A DNA stretch of 64,000 nucleotides from an uncultured Eubacteriales bacterium (lineage in GTDB: Bacteria; Bacillota; Clostridia; Oscillospirales; CAG-272), in the NCBI GenBank assembly GCA_900542425.1, contig UQNQ01000004.1:46856-110855 (forward strand), given 5' to 3'. The first letter of the stretch is position 1, and every line of letters starts with the position of its first letter. The translations under genes and the position numbers were made by a program. The notes under the pieces are model-generated. The model was not told the DNA's origin, ran no database searches, and worked only from the letters and a program-made list of their open reading frames with translations. Of this stretch, positions 1-8,783 are shown piece by piece.

Positions 1-271
1 TCATAAAACCTTTTACGATATCCCGGATGTTGATGCCTCTGTAATAGAGCTGTCCTTCACAGGGAATCTCTTTTCCCGTTTCGTCCCGCTCTTTCGCTTT
101 GATGCAGGAAACCTCTGTGAGTCCCGCGACAACGCCGTTGCCGTTGAGGTCGCGCAGTCCTCTTTTGACATCGTGTTCCAAATACATTTGAGGAACAATA
201 TGATTGCTGTTGTCCGACAGGGCGGCAAGCTCTTTGATGTAGGGGGTAATTTCAGAATAGTTCGTAATCAT
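1..271 (-). CDS. citrate synthase, N-terminal part (gene runs off window start)
   Basis: Absent from the ORF track because there is no stop in the window. The reverse-strand ATG at 271-269 is preceded by GGAGG. My translation is MITNYSEITPYIKELAALSDNSNHIVPQMYLEHDVKRGLRDLNGNGVVAGLTEVSCIKAKERDETGKEIPCEGQLYYRGINIRDIV. It resembles the N-terminus of Firmicute citrate synthases (KRGLR..NG.GV.AGLT, L.YRG..I.D). Confidence 0.7.
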   Translation of the reverse strand, partial: MITNYSEITPYIKELAALSDNSNHIVPQMYLEHDVKRGLRDLNGNGVVAGLTEVSCIKAKERDETGKEIPCEGQLYYRGINIRDIVKGFM

Positions 272-466
272 GGGTTTTGCCTCCTTTTATTTATCATACG
301 CTCGCAGAGCATGATTTCGTGTGAAGATGGAGCATACACGCTCCCGAATGATGGAGAAAAATCGCTGCCAAAGATTCAGAAATCAGATGCAGAGCCTATG
401 TCTTGATGACGATTTGTAAAACCGATTGCCCTGTATGACCGCATCATGATTCTTTTATTATATACC

Positions 467-495
467 TTGACAGCCTATTTGTAAAGTATTATAAT
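467..495 (+). promoter_or_regulatory. sigma-A type promoter for LysR gene
   Basis: TTGACA (467-472), 17-nt spacer, TATAAT (490-495), about 50 nt upstream of the ATG at 545. Confidence 0.6.
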
Positions 496-544
496 CTTAT
501 AGAGTTAATAATATTTTTGTTATAATAAATTTCCGGAGGTTGCT

Positions 545-1444
545 ATGACGATACGCCATTTAAAAATATTTATTGCCGTTTGTGAAAACGGAAGTATCAC
601 AAAAGCTGCGGAAATACTTCATATCGCACAGCCGGCGGTGAGTTTTACGATTTCGGAAATTGAAAAATATTATAAGGTAATTTTATTTGATCGTATCAAT
701 CAAAGGCTTGTGATTACCGATGCCGGTAAAAATTTGCTGCTCAAAGCAAGGGAAGTGCTGGCAAGCTTTGACGATTTCGAGAATGTCGCAAGACAGGGCA
801 GCAAGCAGCCTACCATCCGAATCGGTTCTTCTCTGACTGTCGGAAAGACGATGATTCCGGAATACATAAAAAAAATCAAGTTTTTCTATCCGGATGTCAA
901 ACTATCTGTTATCATTAACAATACAGGAATCATTGAGAGAGAGTTGGAACAGGGAAACCTTGATTTCGGAATGGTGGAGGGGCAGGTTATGTCTTCTCGT
1001 ATTCGGGCGGTTGCTTTCGGGGCTGACAGGCTTGCTGCTGTGTGTGCGGTGAATTATGAAATTCCAGATAAGACGGAGCTTTCCGATCTGCAGGCCCATA
1101 ATCTTCTGTTCCGAGAGAAAGGAAGCGCTTCACGGGAACTGCTTGACAATGTTTTTTCCCTTCATCATCTTTCGGTATCGCCTATGATGGAATCTGTCAG
1201 CAATGAAGCGATTCTTGCTGCCGCTGCCGCTGGACTCGGCATTGCGATTTTGCCCGAAGGCTTGATTTCTTCCTATCTTGCTTCGGGACAATTAAGAAGG
1301 ATTGAAATCGCAGGAATCAATTTTGACAGAGAATATTATATGATTTCTCATAAAAACAAAAAATTCAGTCCCCTTCAGAGGCAAATATACGACCTGTTCC
1401 GGACGGTGATTGCCAAGGACGACAATCGAAATGCATTTGCATAG
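545..1444 (+). CDS. LysR-family transcriptional regulator
   Basis: 299 aa. N-terminal wHTH MTIRHLKIFIAVCENGSITKAAEILHIAQPAVSFTISEIEKYY is typical of LTTRs, followed by a C-terminal substrate-binding domain. RBS GGAGG. Divergent from citrate synthase. Confidence 0.9.
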   Translation: MTIRHLKIFIAVCENGSITKAAEILHIAQPAVSFTISEIEKYYKVILFDRINQRLVITDAGKNLLLKAREVLASFDDFENVARQGSKQPTIRIGSSLTVGKTMIPEYIKKIKFFYPDVKLSVIINNTGIIERELEQGNLDFGMVEGQVMSSRIRAVAFGADRLAAVCAVNYEIPDKTELSDLQAHNLLFREKGSASRELLDNVFSLHHLSVSPMMESVSNEAILAAAAAGLGIAILPEGLISSYLASGQLRRIEIAGINFDREYYMISHKNKKFSPLQRQIYDLFRTVIAKDDNRNAFA

Positions 1445-1638
1445 AAAAACCTTAGATATCCACTTGAAATTTTGTTCCGTAAATGGTATACTGTCATCGG
1501 TTTGAAGCAAAAGTAAAGGCATATATCATTTCAGAATGAGCCGCTTCCCGTATATTCTGAGTCTGATACGGTGTTTTATAGCTTGCTCTGTCTATTTGAC
1601 AGAGGGATTTTCCTTGATGGGAAGATTGAAATACGGCG

Positions 1639-1666
1639 GCATATCGATAAAAATATATCGATATGC
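1639..1666. promoter_or_regulatory. perfect 11-bp inverted repeat (candidate operator)
   Basis: GCATATCGATA-aaaata-TATCGATATGC, located 12 nt upstream of the -35 of the hydrogenase-operon promoter. Confidence 0.45.
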
Positions 1667-1677
1667 TATATTTACAT

Positions 1678-1706
1678 TTTACTATTTTTAATTTTTATGA
1701 TAAAAT
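1678..1706 (+). promoter_or_regulatory. promoter of kinase/HydS operon
   Basis: TTTACT (1678-1683), 17-nt spacer with TGa extended -10, TAAAAT (1701-1706). Confidence 0.45.
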
Positions 1707-1760
1707 CATAATGAAACAGCATCGAAAAGAGGATGGTTGATGTTATGAGGAGGACTTTCT

Positions 1761-2528
1761 ATGAAACTTGACAAGATTCTTGCGGTCAGAAAGGGAAAAA
1801 CCGTATATCGAGACGGTGATGTTGCGATAAAGGTTTATGACGAGAGTTATTCCAAAGCTGATATTTTGAATGAAGCGCTGAATCAGGCAAGAATTGAGGA
1901 AACGGGACTTGCGATTCCGAAAATTCTTGAGGTAGGAACCGTAGACGGAAAATGGGCGCTTGCACTGGAATACATAGAAGGAAAAACGCTTGCTTCTCTT
2001 ATGGAGGAGCACCCGGAGCGGCTGGATGAATATTGGGATCTTTTCGTATCCCTGCAGGAACAGGTACACAGCAAGAAGGTTCCGCTTTTGACGACGCTCA
2101 AGGATAAAATGATACGCAAGATTTCTTATTCGGAACTTGTGGCAACGGTGCGCTATGATCTACAAATGAAACTTCGGGAAATGCCGGGACCAAGCCATCT
2201 TTGCCATTGTGATTTTAGTCCCTCAAATATTTTGATAAGAGAGGACGGCGTGCCGTTTATCATCGATTGGTCACATGCGACACAAGGCTATCCGTGTGTG
2301 GATGCGGCAATTACCTATATTTTATTTTTGTTGTCCGGAAACACGCAGTCTGCGGAAAAATATTTGACTTTGTTCTGCGAAAAATCAGGATTTGATAGGG
2401 ATTCTGTTTTAAAATGGGTTCCGGTCGCGGCAGCCTCAAAATCAATTAAAACAGAGGGAGAACGCAAAAAAAATCTGCTTTCTCTGGCAAATACTGTGGA
2501 ATATAAAAACGGAGGAATGATTTCATGA
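1761..2528 (+). CDS. APH/choline-kinase-fold protein kinase-like protein
   Basis: 255 aa. Catalytic-loop-like HCDFSPSNILI and IIDW motifs (HxDxxxxN ... IDW/F) of the aminoglycoside phosphotransferase/ChoK family. RBS GAGGAGG. The stop overlaps the next start (ATGA). Confidence 0.7.
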   Translation: MKLDKILAVRKGKTVYRDGDVAIKVYDESYSKADILNEALNQARIEETGLAIPKILEVGTVDGKWALALEYIEGKTLASLMEEHPERLDEYWDLFVSLQEQVHSKKVPLLTTLKDKMIRKISYSELVATVRYDLQMKLREMPGPSHLCHCDFSPSNILIREDGVPFIIDWSHATQGYPCVDAAITYILFLLSGNTQSAEKYLTLFCEKSGFDRDSVLKWVPVAAASKSIKTEGERKKNLLSLANTVEYKNGGMIS

Positions 2529-2764
2529 AAGTTACGGTATGCATCGGCAGTTCCTGCCATCTCAAAGGTTCACGTCAGGTTGTGGAGGATTTACGCCACT
2601 TGATTGAGGAAAATCATTTGGAAGACAAAGTTGAAATTGCAGGAACCTTTTGTCTGGGACAATGTCAGAAGGGCGTCTGTGTTACCATTGGAGACACTAT
2701 TTTTTCCGTGACTCCTGAGACGGCAGAGACGTTTTTCAAGACGGAAATTTTATCAAGGATTTGA
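2525..2764 (+). CDS. thioredoxin-like [2Fe-2S] ferredoxin (HfsA-like)
   Basis: 79 aa. Four Cys in the pattern CIGSSCHLKG ... CLGQC. Paralogue of the next ORF. Confidence 0.75.
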   Translation: MKVTVCIGSSCHLKGSRQVVEDLRHLIEENHLEDKVEIAGTFCLGQCQKGVCVTIGDTIFSVTPETAETFFKTEILSRI

Positions 2765-2827
2765 ATTGTTTCAAAATAGGATTGAAACCTTTGCAAGGTA
2801 TTTTGAAGGACGGAAAGGAGTTTTTCC

Positions 2828-3079
2828 ATGATCGTTCAGATTTGTGTCGGCAGTTCCTGCCATCTGAAGGGTTCGCATGAAATTGTGGAACGGATGAAGC
2901 AGGCGGTGTCGGAGCATTCGCTTGAAGATGAAATTACGCTTGCCGGAAGCTTTTGCATTGGAAAATGCAATCGGGTTGGTGTAACGATTCAGGTGGATGA
3001 TGAGGTTTATACCGGTGTGACACCGGCAGGTTTTGATGAATTTTTCCGGAATCATATACTGGGAAAGCTGAAATCGTAA
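2828..3079 (+). CDS. thioredoxin-like [2Fe-2S] ferredoxin (tandem paralogue)
   Basis: 83 aa. CVGSSCHLKG ... CIGKC. RBS AAAGGAG. Confidence 0.75.
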   Translation: MIVQICVGSSCHLKGSHEIVERMKQAVSEHSLEDEITLAGSFCIGKCNRVGVTIQVDDEVYTGVTPAGFDEFFRNHILGKLKS

Positions 3080-3092
3080 GGAGGGATGCTTT

Positions 3093-4766
3093 GTGGGCGA
3101 ATTTCTGAAGCTGAAAAAATCCAACTGTAAAAATTGCTATAAATGCATTCGTCATTGCCCGGTCAAATCTATTCGGTTTTCCGGTAACCAGGCGAATATT
3201 GTCGGAAATGAGTGTATTCTTTGCGGTCAATGCTTTGTAGTATGTCCGCAGAACGCAAAGCAGATAGCGGACAGCACGGAACTCGTGCGTACCCTTTTGG
3301 ACAGCGGAGAACCTGTCATCGCGAGCCTTGCTCCTTCTTTTATTGCCAATTATGAGGGTGTCGGCATTGACAGTATGCGGACGACTTTACAGAAAATCGG
3401 GTTTGCCGACGCGGAAGAAACGGCGATTGGCGCTACCATTGTCAAGCGGGAATACGAACGTATTTTGGCGGAAGGAAGACAAGACATTTTGATTTCTTCC
3501 TGCTGCCATTCCGTCAATCTTTTGATTCAAAAATATTTTCCCGCAGAGCTTCCGTATTTAGCAGATGTCATGAGTCCGATGCAGGCACATTCGGCGGATA
3601 TCAAACGAAGAAAACCCAACGCAAAAACGGTATTCATCGGTCCGTGTGTCGCCAAAAAGGATGAAGCAGATTATTATAAAGGTGTTGATGCCGTTCTGAC
3701 CTTTGAAGAGCTGACGGAATGGTTTACGCGCGAACATGTCACGCTGGAGCAGAATCAGGACAGCAATCAGGAAAGCCGTGCCAGATTTTTCCCGACGACG
3801 GGCGGTATTCTGAAAACAATGGATTGTACGGCGGCGGGATATACCTATCTTGCGATAGACGGCGTGGAAAATTGTATTTCCGCGCTGCGGGATATTGAAG
3901 CCGGCAAGCTTCATAAATGTTTTATTGAGATGTCGGCATGTGTCGGCAGCTGTATCGGCGGTCCTGTCATGGAAAAATATCACCGTTCTCCGGTACGGAG
4001 TTATATTGCGGTTTCCGAATATGCGGGAAAAGAAGATTTTGATGTGCGCCAGCCTGATTCAGCGGATACAGAAAAGCATTTTGAATACATAGAACGTAAA
4101 CTGAAAATGCCGACAGAGGAAGAAATTACGGAAATTCTTCGCCAAATGGGAAAAACAAAGCCGTCTGATGAATTGAACTGCGGTTCCTGCGGATATGATT
4201 CATGCCGTGCGAAAGCGATTGCCATTTATCAGGGGAAGGCGGAAATTTCCATGTGTCTTCCGTATCTGAAGGATCGCGCGGAAAACTTCTCGGACAATAT
4301 TATCAACAATACACCGAACGGCATTGTCGTATTGAATGAGAATCTTGAGGTTCAGCAAATCAACCGTGCAGCCCTCAGTTTGATGAATATTTCCCGTGCG
4401 TCGGATGTGATGGGCGAGCCTGTTGTTCGTATTTTGGATCCGAAAGCCTTTTTGGAGGCTAAAAATTCAGGACGCAGGATTTCAGAACAGCATGTTTATC
4501 TTGCCGAATATGACCGATATGTGGAACAAACCATCATTTTTGATAAGGACTACCGCATTTTGATCTGTATCATGAGAGATGTAACCGAGGAAGAAAACGA
4601 GCGCGAGAAAAAAGAGGAAATGAGCCGTCAAACCATTGAAATTGCCGATCATGTTGTGGATAAACAAATGCGTATCGTACAGGAGATTGCATCTTTGCTC
4701 GGCGAAACGGCGGCGGAAACAAAAATCGCCCTGACGAAGCTGAAGGAGTCGATTACCAATGAATAA
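3093..4766 (+). CDS. hydS: sensory-type [FeFe]-hydrogenase-like protein with C-terminal PAS domain (HydS/HfsB-like)
   Basis: 557 aa, GTG start after AAGGAGGG. N-terminal 2x[4Fe-4S] motifs (CKNCYKCIRHCP, CILCGQCFVVCP). H-domain motifs are divergent (ISSCCH, GPCVAKKDE, EMSACVGSCIGGPVM). There is an extra CGSCGYDSC..C cluster motif, then a PAS-like segment (NGIVVLNENLEVQQINRAAL...). Confidence 0.8.
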   Translation: MGEFLKLKKSNCKNCYKCIRHCPVKSIRFSGNQANIVGNECILCGQCFVVCPQNAKQIADSTELVRTLLDSGEPVIASLAPSFIANYEGVGIDSMRTTLQKIGFADAEETAIGATIVKREYERILAEGRQDILISSCCHSVNLLIQKYFPAELPYLADVMSPMQAHSADIKRRKPNAKTVFIGPCVAKKDEADYYKGVDAVLTFEELTEWFTREHVTLEQNQDSNQESRARFFPTTGGILKTMDCTAAGYTYLAIDGVENCISALRDIEAGKLHKCFIEMSACVGSCIGGPVMEKYHRSPVRSYIAVSEYAGKEDFDVRQPDSADTEKHFEYIERKLKMPTEEEITEILRQMGKTKPSDELNCGSCGYDSCRAKAIAIYQGKAEISMCLPYLKDRAENFSDNIINNTPNGIVVLNENLEVQQINRAALSLMNISRASDVMGEPVVRILDPKAFLEAKNSGRRISEQHVYLAEYDRYVEQTIIFDKDYRILICIMRDVTEEENEREKKEEMSRQTIEIADHVVDKQMRIVQEIASLLGETAAETKIALTKLKESITNE

Positions 4767-5931
4767 TCTTTGTGCGGATATCGGATACCGGAGCGTCAAT
4801 CATTATGGCGAAGAGCTCTGCGGGGATCATATTGATGTGATTGATCAAGGCGATGGCTCGACGGTGATTGTTCTGGCGGACGGACTTGGCAGCGGCGTGA
4901 AAGCCAGTATTCTGTCGACTTTGACGGCAAAAATTATTTCAACGATGATGTCCGAGGGGCTTTCTCTGGAGGATTGCGTGTCCACAATGGCTGCGACTCT
5001 TCCGGTGTGCTCCGTACGCGGGGTTGCGTATTCTACCTTTACTATCATTCGGTTGGTTGAAAACGAATATGCGGAAATCATTCAGTATGACAATCCCGCC
5101 GTCATTCTGCTGCGTGACGGTCACGGGGTGGAAATACCGAAAACGGAATCTGTGATCGGTGGGAAGATGATATATCGTTCCCGGATCAAACTTCAGGAAA
5201 ATGATATCTTTATCGCTATGAGCGACGGTTGTATTCATGCGGGCGTCGGGCTTGCTTTGAATTTCGGATGGGACAGGAAAGATATCGTTTCCTACATGGA
5301 GACGTTTTATGATGTTGGCTTTACGGCAAAAACACTTTCTACGATTTTGCTGGATGAGTGTAATCGTCTGTATGACGGAAAACCGGGTGACGATGCGACC
5401 GTATGTACGGTTCGGATTCGCAAAAGAGAACCGATGAATCTTTTATTTGGTCCCCCGTCAAACCGTGACGACTGCGATAAAATGATGTCCTTGTTTTTTT
5501 CCAAGGAGGGCAAGCATATTGTCTGCGGCGGAACGACTTCGTCAATTGCCGCGCGCTATCTTGGTAAAACCGTTCAGACGGATCTGAATTTCGTCGATCC
5601 GGAAATTCCGCCGATTGCTCATATCGATGGTGTGGATCTTGTAACGGAAGGCGTAATCACGATTAACAAGGTTCTTGAATATGCCAAGGATTATCTCAAA
5701 GACAATGAATCCTATAAGGAATGGAGCTATAAGCAGGATGGAGCCTCCATGATCTGCCGGCTCTTATTTGAAGAAGCGACGGACATCAACTTTTATGTCG
5801 GTCGTGCGATGAATCCGGCGCATCAAAATCCTGATCTTCCGATCAATTTCAATATCAAAATGCAGCTTGTAAGTGAGCTTTCGGAATGCTTGAAGAAGAT
5901 GGGGAAGCGAATCAAAGTCAGTTATTTCTAA
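4759..5931 (+). CDS. PP2C/SpoIIE-family serine phosphatase (HfsC-like)
   Basis: 390 aa. GEELCGDH...VLADGLGSGVKASI...AMSDGCIHAG...DDATV are PP2C-type motifs. Overlaps hydS by 8 nt. RBS GAAGGAG. Confidence 0.75.
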   Translation: MNNLCADIGYRSVNHYGEELCGDHIDVIDQGDGSTVIVLADGLGSGVKASILSTLTAKIISTMMSEGLSLEDCVSTMAATLPVCSVRGVAYSTFTIIRLVENEYAEIIQYDNPAVILLRDGHGVEIPKTESVIGGKMIYRSRIKLQENDIFIAMSDGCIHAGVGLALNFGWDRKDIVSYMETFYDVGFTAKTLSTILLDECNRLYDGKPGDDATVCTVRIRKREPMNLLFGPPSNRDDCDKMMSLFFSKEGKHIVCGGTTSSIAARYLGKTVQTDLNFVDPEIPPIAHIDGVDLVTEGVITINKVLEYAKDYLKDNESYKEWSYKQDGASMICRLLFEEATDINFYVGRAMNPAHQNPDLPINFNIKMQLVSELSECLKKMGKRIKVSYF

Positions 5932-5962
5932 GGTGATATCCAAAGGAAGGAAGGTATCGGCT

Positions 5963-7393
5963 GTGAGAAAATTCGATACAAAGATACAGCATTTAAAATA
6001 TAAAGTGCTCCGTGAAGTGGCACGTTTGGCATGGAGAGATGAATTGCTTGAACATATCACGGATATTCCCAAAACGATTGTTCCCGGGAATGAAGCGACC
6101 ATGCGCTGCTGCATCTACAAAGAAAGGGCTATTTTGTCCGAGCGTGTGAAGCTTGCCATGGGAGGAAACCGGTCAAATCCCAATGTGATTGAAGTTATTG
6201 ATATTGCATGTGATGAGTGTCCGGTCGGTGGATATAAGGTTACAGATGCTTGCCGCGGCTGTCTTGCTCATCGATGTGAAGATGTTTGCCGCCGCGGTGC
6301 CATTACCTTTGATGCCGCGCATGTTGCACATATTGATAAATCAAAATGTGTAGAATGCGGACAATGCGCCAAGGTATGCCCGTACGGAGCAATTATGGAT
6401 TTCAAGCGCCCGTGCGAGCGTTCCTGCAAGGTAGGGGCGATCTCGATGCGCGAGGATATGGCGGCGTCCATCAACAACGACAAATGTATATCCTGCGGTG
6501 CATGTGTATATCAATGCCCGTTTGGTGCAATCTCGGACAAATCCTATATCCTTGACGTGATTGACATCATCAAAAAGAGCGACAATAACCAGAATTATAA
6601 GGTGTATGCTGTTGTGGCGCCTTCGATATCGAGCCAGTTTACTTATGCAAAGCTCGGTCAGGTGATCAGCGGCATCAAGGCACTTGGATTCCATACGGTT
6701 GTGGAGGCGGCGCTGGGGGCGGATATGGTAGCATACAACGAAGCTGCCGAGCTTGCTGAGAAAGGCTTTTTGACCAGCTCCTGCTGTCCGGCATTTGTAT
6801 CGTATGTACAAAAAGCATTTCCGGATCTTGCTCCTTATGTGTCTCATAATCTTTCACCCGTCGGTACGATTTCCAAATATATCAAGGATACGACGCCCGG
6901 AGCGAAAATTGTCTTTATCGGGCCTTGTACAGCAAAGAAAATGGAATTTCAGAAACCGGAGGTAGCTCCTTATATCGATACGGTCATCACCTTTGAGGAA
7001 CTTCAGGCGCTGTTTGACAGCAGAGATATCGATATTACATCTCTTGGTGAGGATGTGCTCGACAACGCTTCTTATTTCGGCAGAATTTTTGCTCGCTGCG
7101 GCGGTCTTTCCGACGCTGTAGCGGAGGCACTTAAGGAGCAGGGCATTGATAATTTTGATTTAAAGGCGGTTTCCTGTGACGGAATTGAGGCATGCCGTAT
7201 GGCACTTCTGAAAGCTTCCAAACGTGTTTTGGACGGTAATTTTATTGAAGGTATGGCTTGTACCGGCGGTTGTATCGGCGGCGCCGGCTGCTTGACACAT
7301 GGGGAAAAGAACAAAGCAGAAGTTGACAAATACGGGATGGAAGCACATGAAAAAACCATCAAGGATGCTATTGGCGTTTTAAACATATCGTAA
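5963..7393 (+). CDS. [FeFe]-hydrogenase, multi-FeS (group B / HfsD-like)
   Basis: The track ORF is 5933-7393. I prefer the GTG at 5963, which follows GGAAGGAAGG. Several CxxCxxCxxxCP ferredoxin motifs. H-cluster motifs TSSCCPAF, FIGPCTAKKME, EGMACTGGCIGGAGC. Confidence 0.8.
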   Translation: MRKFDTKIQHLKYKVLREVARLAWRDELLEHITDIPKTIVPGNEATMRCCIYKERAILSERVKLAMGGNRSNPNVIEVIDIACDECPVGGYKVTDACRGCLAHRCEDVCRRGAITFDAAHVAHIDKSKCVECGQCAKVCPYGAIMDFKRPCERSCKVGAISMREDMAASINNDKCISCGACVYQCPFGAISDKSYILDVIDIIKKSDNNQNYKVYAVVAPSISSQFTYAKLGQVISGIKALGFHTVVEAALGADMVAYNEAAELAEKGFLTSSCCPAFVSYVQKAFPDLAPYVSHNLSPVGTISKYIKDTTPGAKIVFIGPCTAKKMEFQKPEVAPYIDTVITFEELQALFDSRDIDITSLGEDVLDNASYFGRIFARCGGLSDAVAEALKEQGIDNFDLKAVSCDGIEACRMALLKASKRVLDGNFIEGMACTGGCIGGAGCLTHGEKNKAEVDKYGMEAHEKTIKDAIGVLNIS

Positions 7394-7464
7394 TAAACGG
7401 AAAGACGGCGGACCGTATTGGCATCTGTCAGGCATGTTTTTGAAATTTTTTTGGAATAAATAAC

Positions 7465-7498
7465 AAAAAAGGACGCATTTTTTCAATGTGTCCTTTTT
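7465..7498. terminator. bidirectional rho-independent terminator
   Basis: AAAAAA-GGACGCA-loop-TGTGTCC-TTTTT, between convergent genes (hydrogenase on +, dtxR-like on -). Confidence 0.6.
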
Positions 7499-7602
7499 GT
7501 ATAATCTCAGCTTGCTGATAAACAATACAGTGCTTTTTCAGTTCTTCTGGTAACATTTTTGTCAGAATTAGGGGATGAAAAAGCCGTCGGTAAAACCGAT
7601 AG

Positions 7603-7998
7603 CTATGATTTCTTTGCGTTATCCTTTTGCATATATACATGTTTTTTAATGGCTTCAAAGCTTTCCGCACTGATAACATGTTCCATGCGGCAGGCGTCAT
7701 CAACGGCGACTGCCGGCGTGACACCAAGCGCAATCAGCCAATCAGAAATTAACGTGTGGCGTTCATACATTCGCTCGGCGATTTCTCTTCCTGTATCCAA
7801 TAATTTAATAAAACCGCCGGAATCCATTTCAATATAGCCGTTTTCACGAAGATTTTTCATTGCGATACTGACACTTGCTTTTGTAAAGTCGAGTTCATTC
7901 ACAATATCAATGGAACGCACAGAACCGTTTCGTTTTTGCAGAATTAAAATGGTTTCCAAATAATTTTCAGCGGATTCCATGATTTTCATTTTTTTCAC
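7603..7998 (-). CDS. DtxR/MntR-family metal-dependent repressor
   Basis: 131 aa. ESAENYLETILILQKRNGSVRSIDIVNELDFTKASVSIAMKNLRENGYI is the wHTH and ERHTLISDWL...DDACRMEHVIS is the metal-binding/dimerisation region. Divergent from the feo operon. Confidence 0.85.
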   Translation of the reverse strand: MKKMKIMESAENYLETILILQKRNGSVRSIDIVNELDFTKASVSIAMKNLRENGYIEMDSGGFIKLLDTGREIAERMYERHTLISDWLIALGVTPAVAVDDACRMEHVISAESFEAIKKHVYMQKDNAKKS

Positions 7999-8099
7999 CT
8001 GCTTCCTCGGTTAAGGAAAAAATTGATTTTTATGAATTATATCATAATAGCAAAAAATGTTCAATAAACTTTTTGTAAATTAGTCATAGAAAAAAAGTG

Positions 8100-8128
8100 T
8101 TGACAATCCGACTGATATGTGATATCAT
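8100..8128 (+). promoter_or_regulatory. feo operon promoter
   Basis: TTGACA (8100-8105), 17-nt spacer, TATCAT (8123-8128). Confidence 0.6.
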
Positions 8129-8135
8129 ATGAAGT

Positions 8136-8152
8136 GGTTAGATGAAACTAAC
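8136..8152. promoter_or_regulatory. candidate DtxR-family operator dyad 1
   Basis: GGTTAG-atgaaa-CTAAC, immediately downstream of the -10. The half-sites equal those of the IdeR/DtxR consensus (TTAGGTTAGGCTAACCTAA) but the spacer is 6 nt. Confidence 0.5.
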
Positions 8153-8194
8153 TCAAAAATAAATATCATTGCTAAAATGGAAAAGGAGATAAGG

Positions 8195-8407
8195 ATGATG
8201 CCTTTGGTATTAGCTGGGAACGGGGAAGAAAACATGATAAAAAAAGTAGGAGGAACTCCAGAAGTAAAAAAGCATTTGGAAGACCTCGGCTTTGTTCCGG
8301 GCGGAACGGTCACCGTTGTGACGACCGTAGGCGGCAATTTAATTGTAAATATAAAGGAATCGCGTGTGGCAATCAGTAAGGAAATGGCTGCAAAAATTAT
8401 GGTTTGA
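8195..8407 (+). CDS. feoA: FeoA family protein
   Basis: The track ORF starts at 8129, inside the promoter/operator. The in-frame ATG at 8195 follows AAAAGGAGATAAGG. MMPLVLAGNGEENMIKKVGG..VKKHLEDLGFVPGGTVTVV is an SH3-like FeoA fold signature. Confidence 0.85.
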   Translation: MMPLVLAGNGEENMIKKVGGTPEVKKHLEDLGFVPGGTVTVVTTVGGNLIVNIKESRVAISKEMAAKIMV

Positions 8408-8523
8408 GGGCAGACACGCCGTTCTTTTTGATAAGCAGGAAAACATGGGTCATGTGGACTCTTGCTATTCAACCGTAAATCAGGCGAAAGCCGTTGAAAT
8501 AGAAGATAAGGAGGAAAACAGCG

Positions 8524-8745
8524 ATGAAAACCTTGAAGCAGGCAAAAATCGGCGAAACTGTGAAAGTGTTAAAGCTCCACGGCGAAGGCGCCGTCAAAAG
8601 ACGAATCATGGACATGGGAATTACCAAAGGTGTTGATGTGTATGTACGCAAAGTAGCGCCGCTTGGGGATCCGATTGAGGTGACCGTCAGGGGCTATGAA
8701 CTGTCGATACGAAAAGCAGACGCTGACATGATTGAAGTCGAGTAA
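8524..8745 (+). CDS. feoA: FeoA family protein (second copy)
   Basis: 73 aa. LKQAKIGETVKVLKLHGEGAVKRRIMDMGITKGVDVYVRKVAPLGDPIEV. RBS AAGGAGG. Confidence 0.85.
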   Translation: MKTLKQAKIGETVKVLKLHGEGAVKRRIMDMGITKGVDVYVRKVAPLGDPIEVTVRGYELSIRKADADMIEVE

Positions 8746-8783
8746 ATGAATGAAAAATGCAAAGATTTTTATTTATGAACATT

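Noticed and set aside
1445-1760. Rex operator upstream of the hydrogenase operon
   Set aside because: No TTGTGAA-N-TTCACAA-like sequence is present. Only the unrelated ATCGAT-type dyad was found.
8129-8194. Upstream ATG given by the ORF track as the FeoA start
   Set aside because: This ATG lies one base after the -10 hexamer and the extension spans the operator dyad. The internal ATG at 8195 has a strong RBS and gives a normal-length FeoA.
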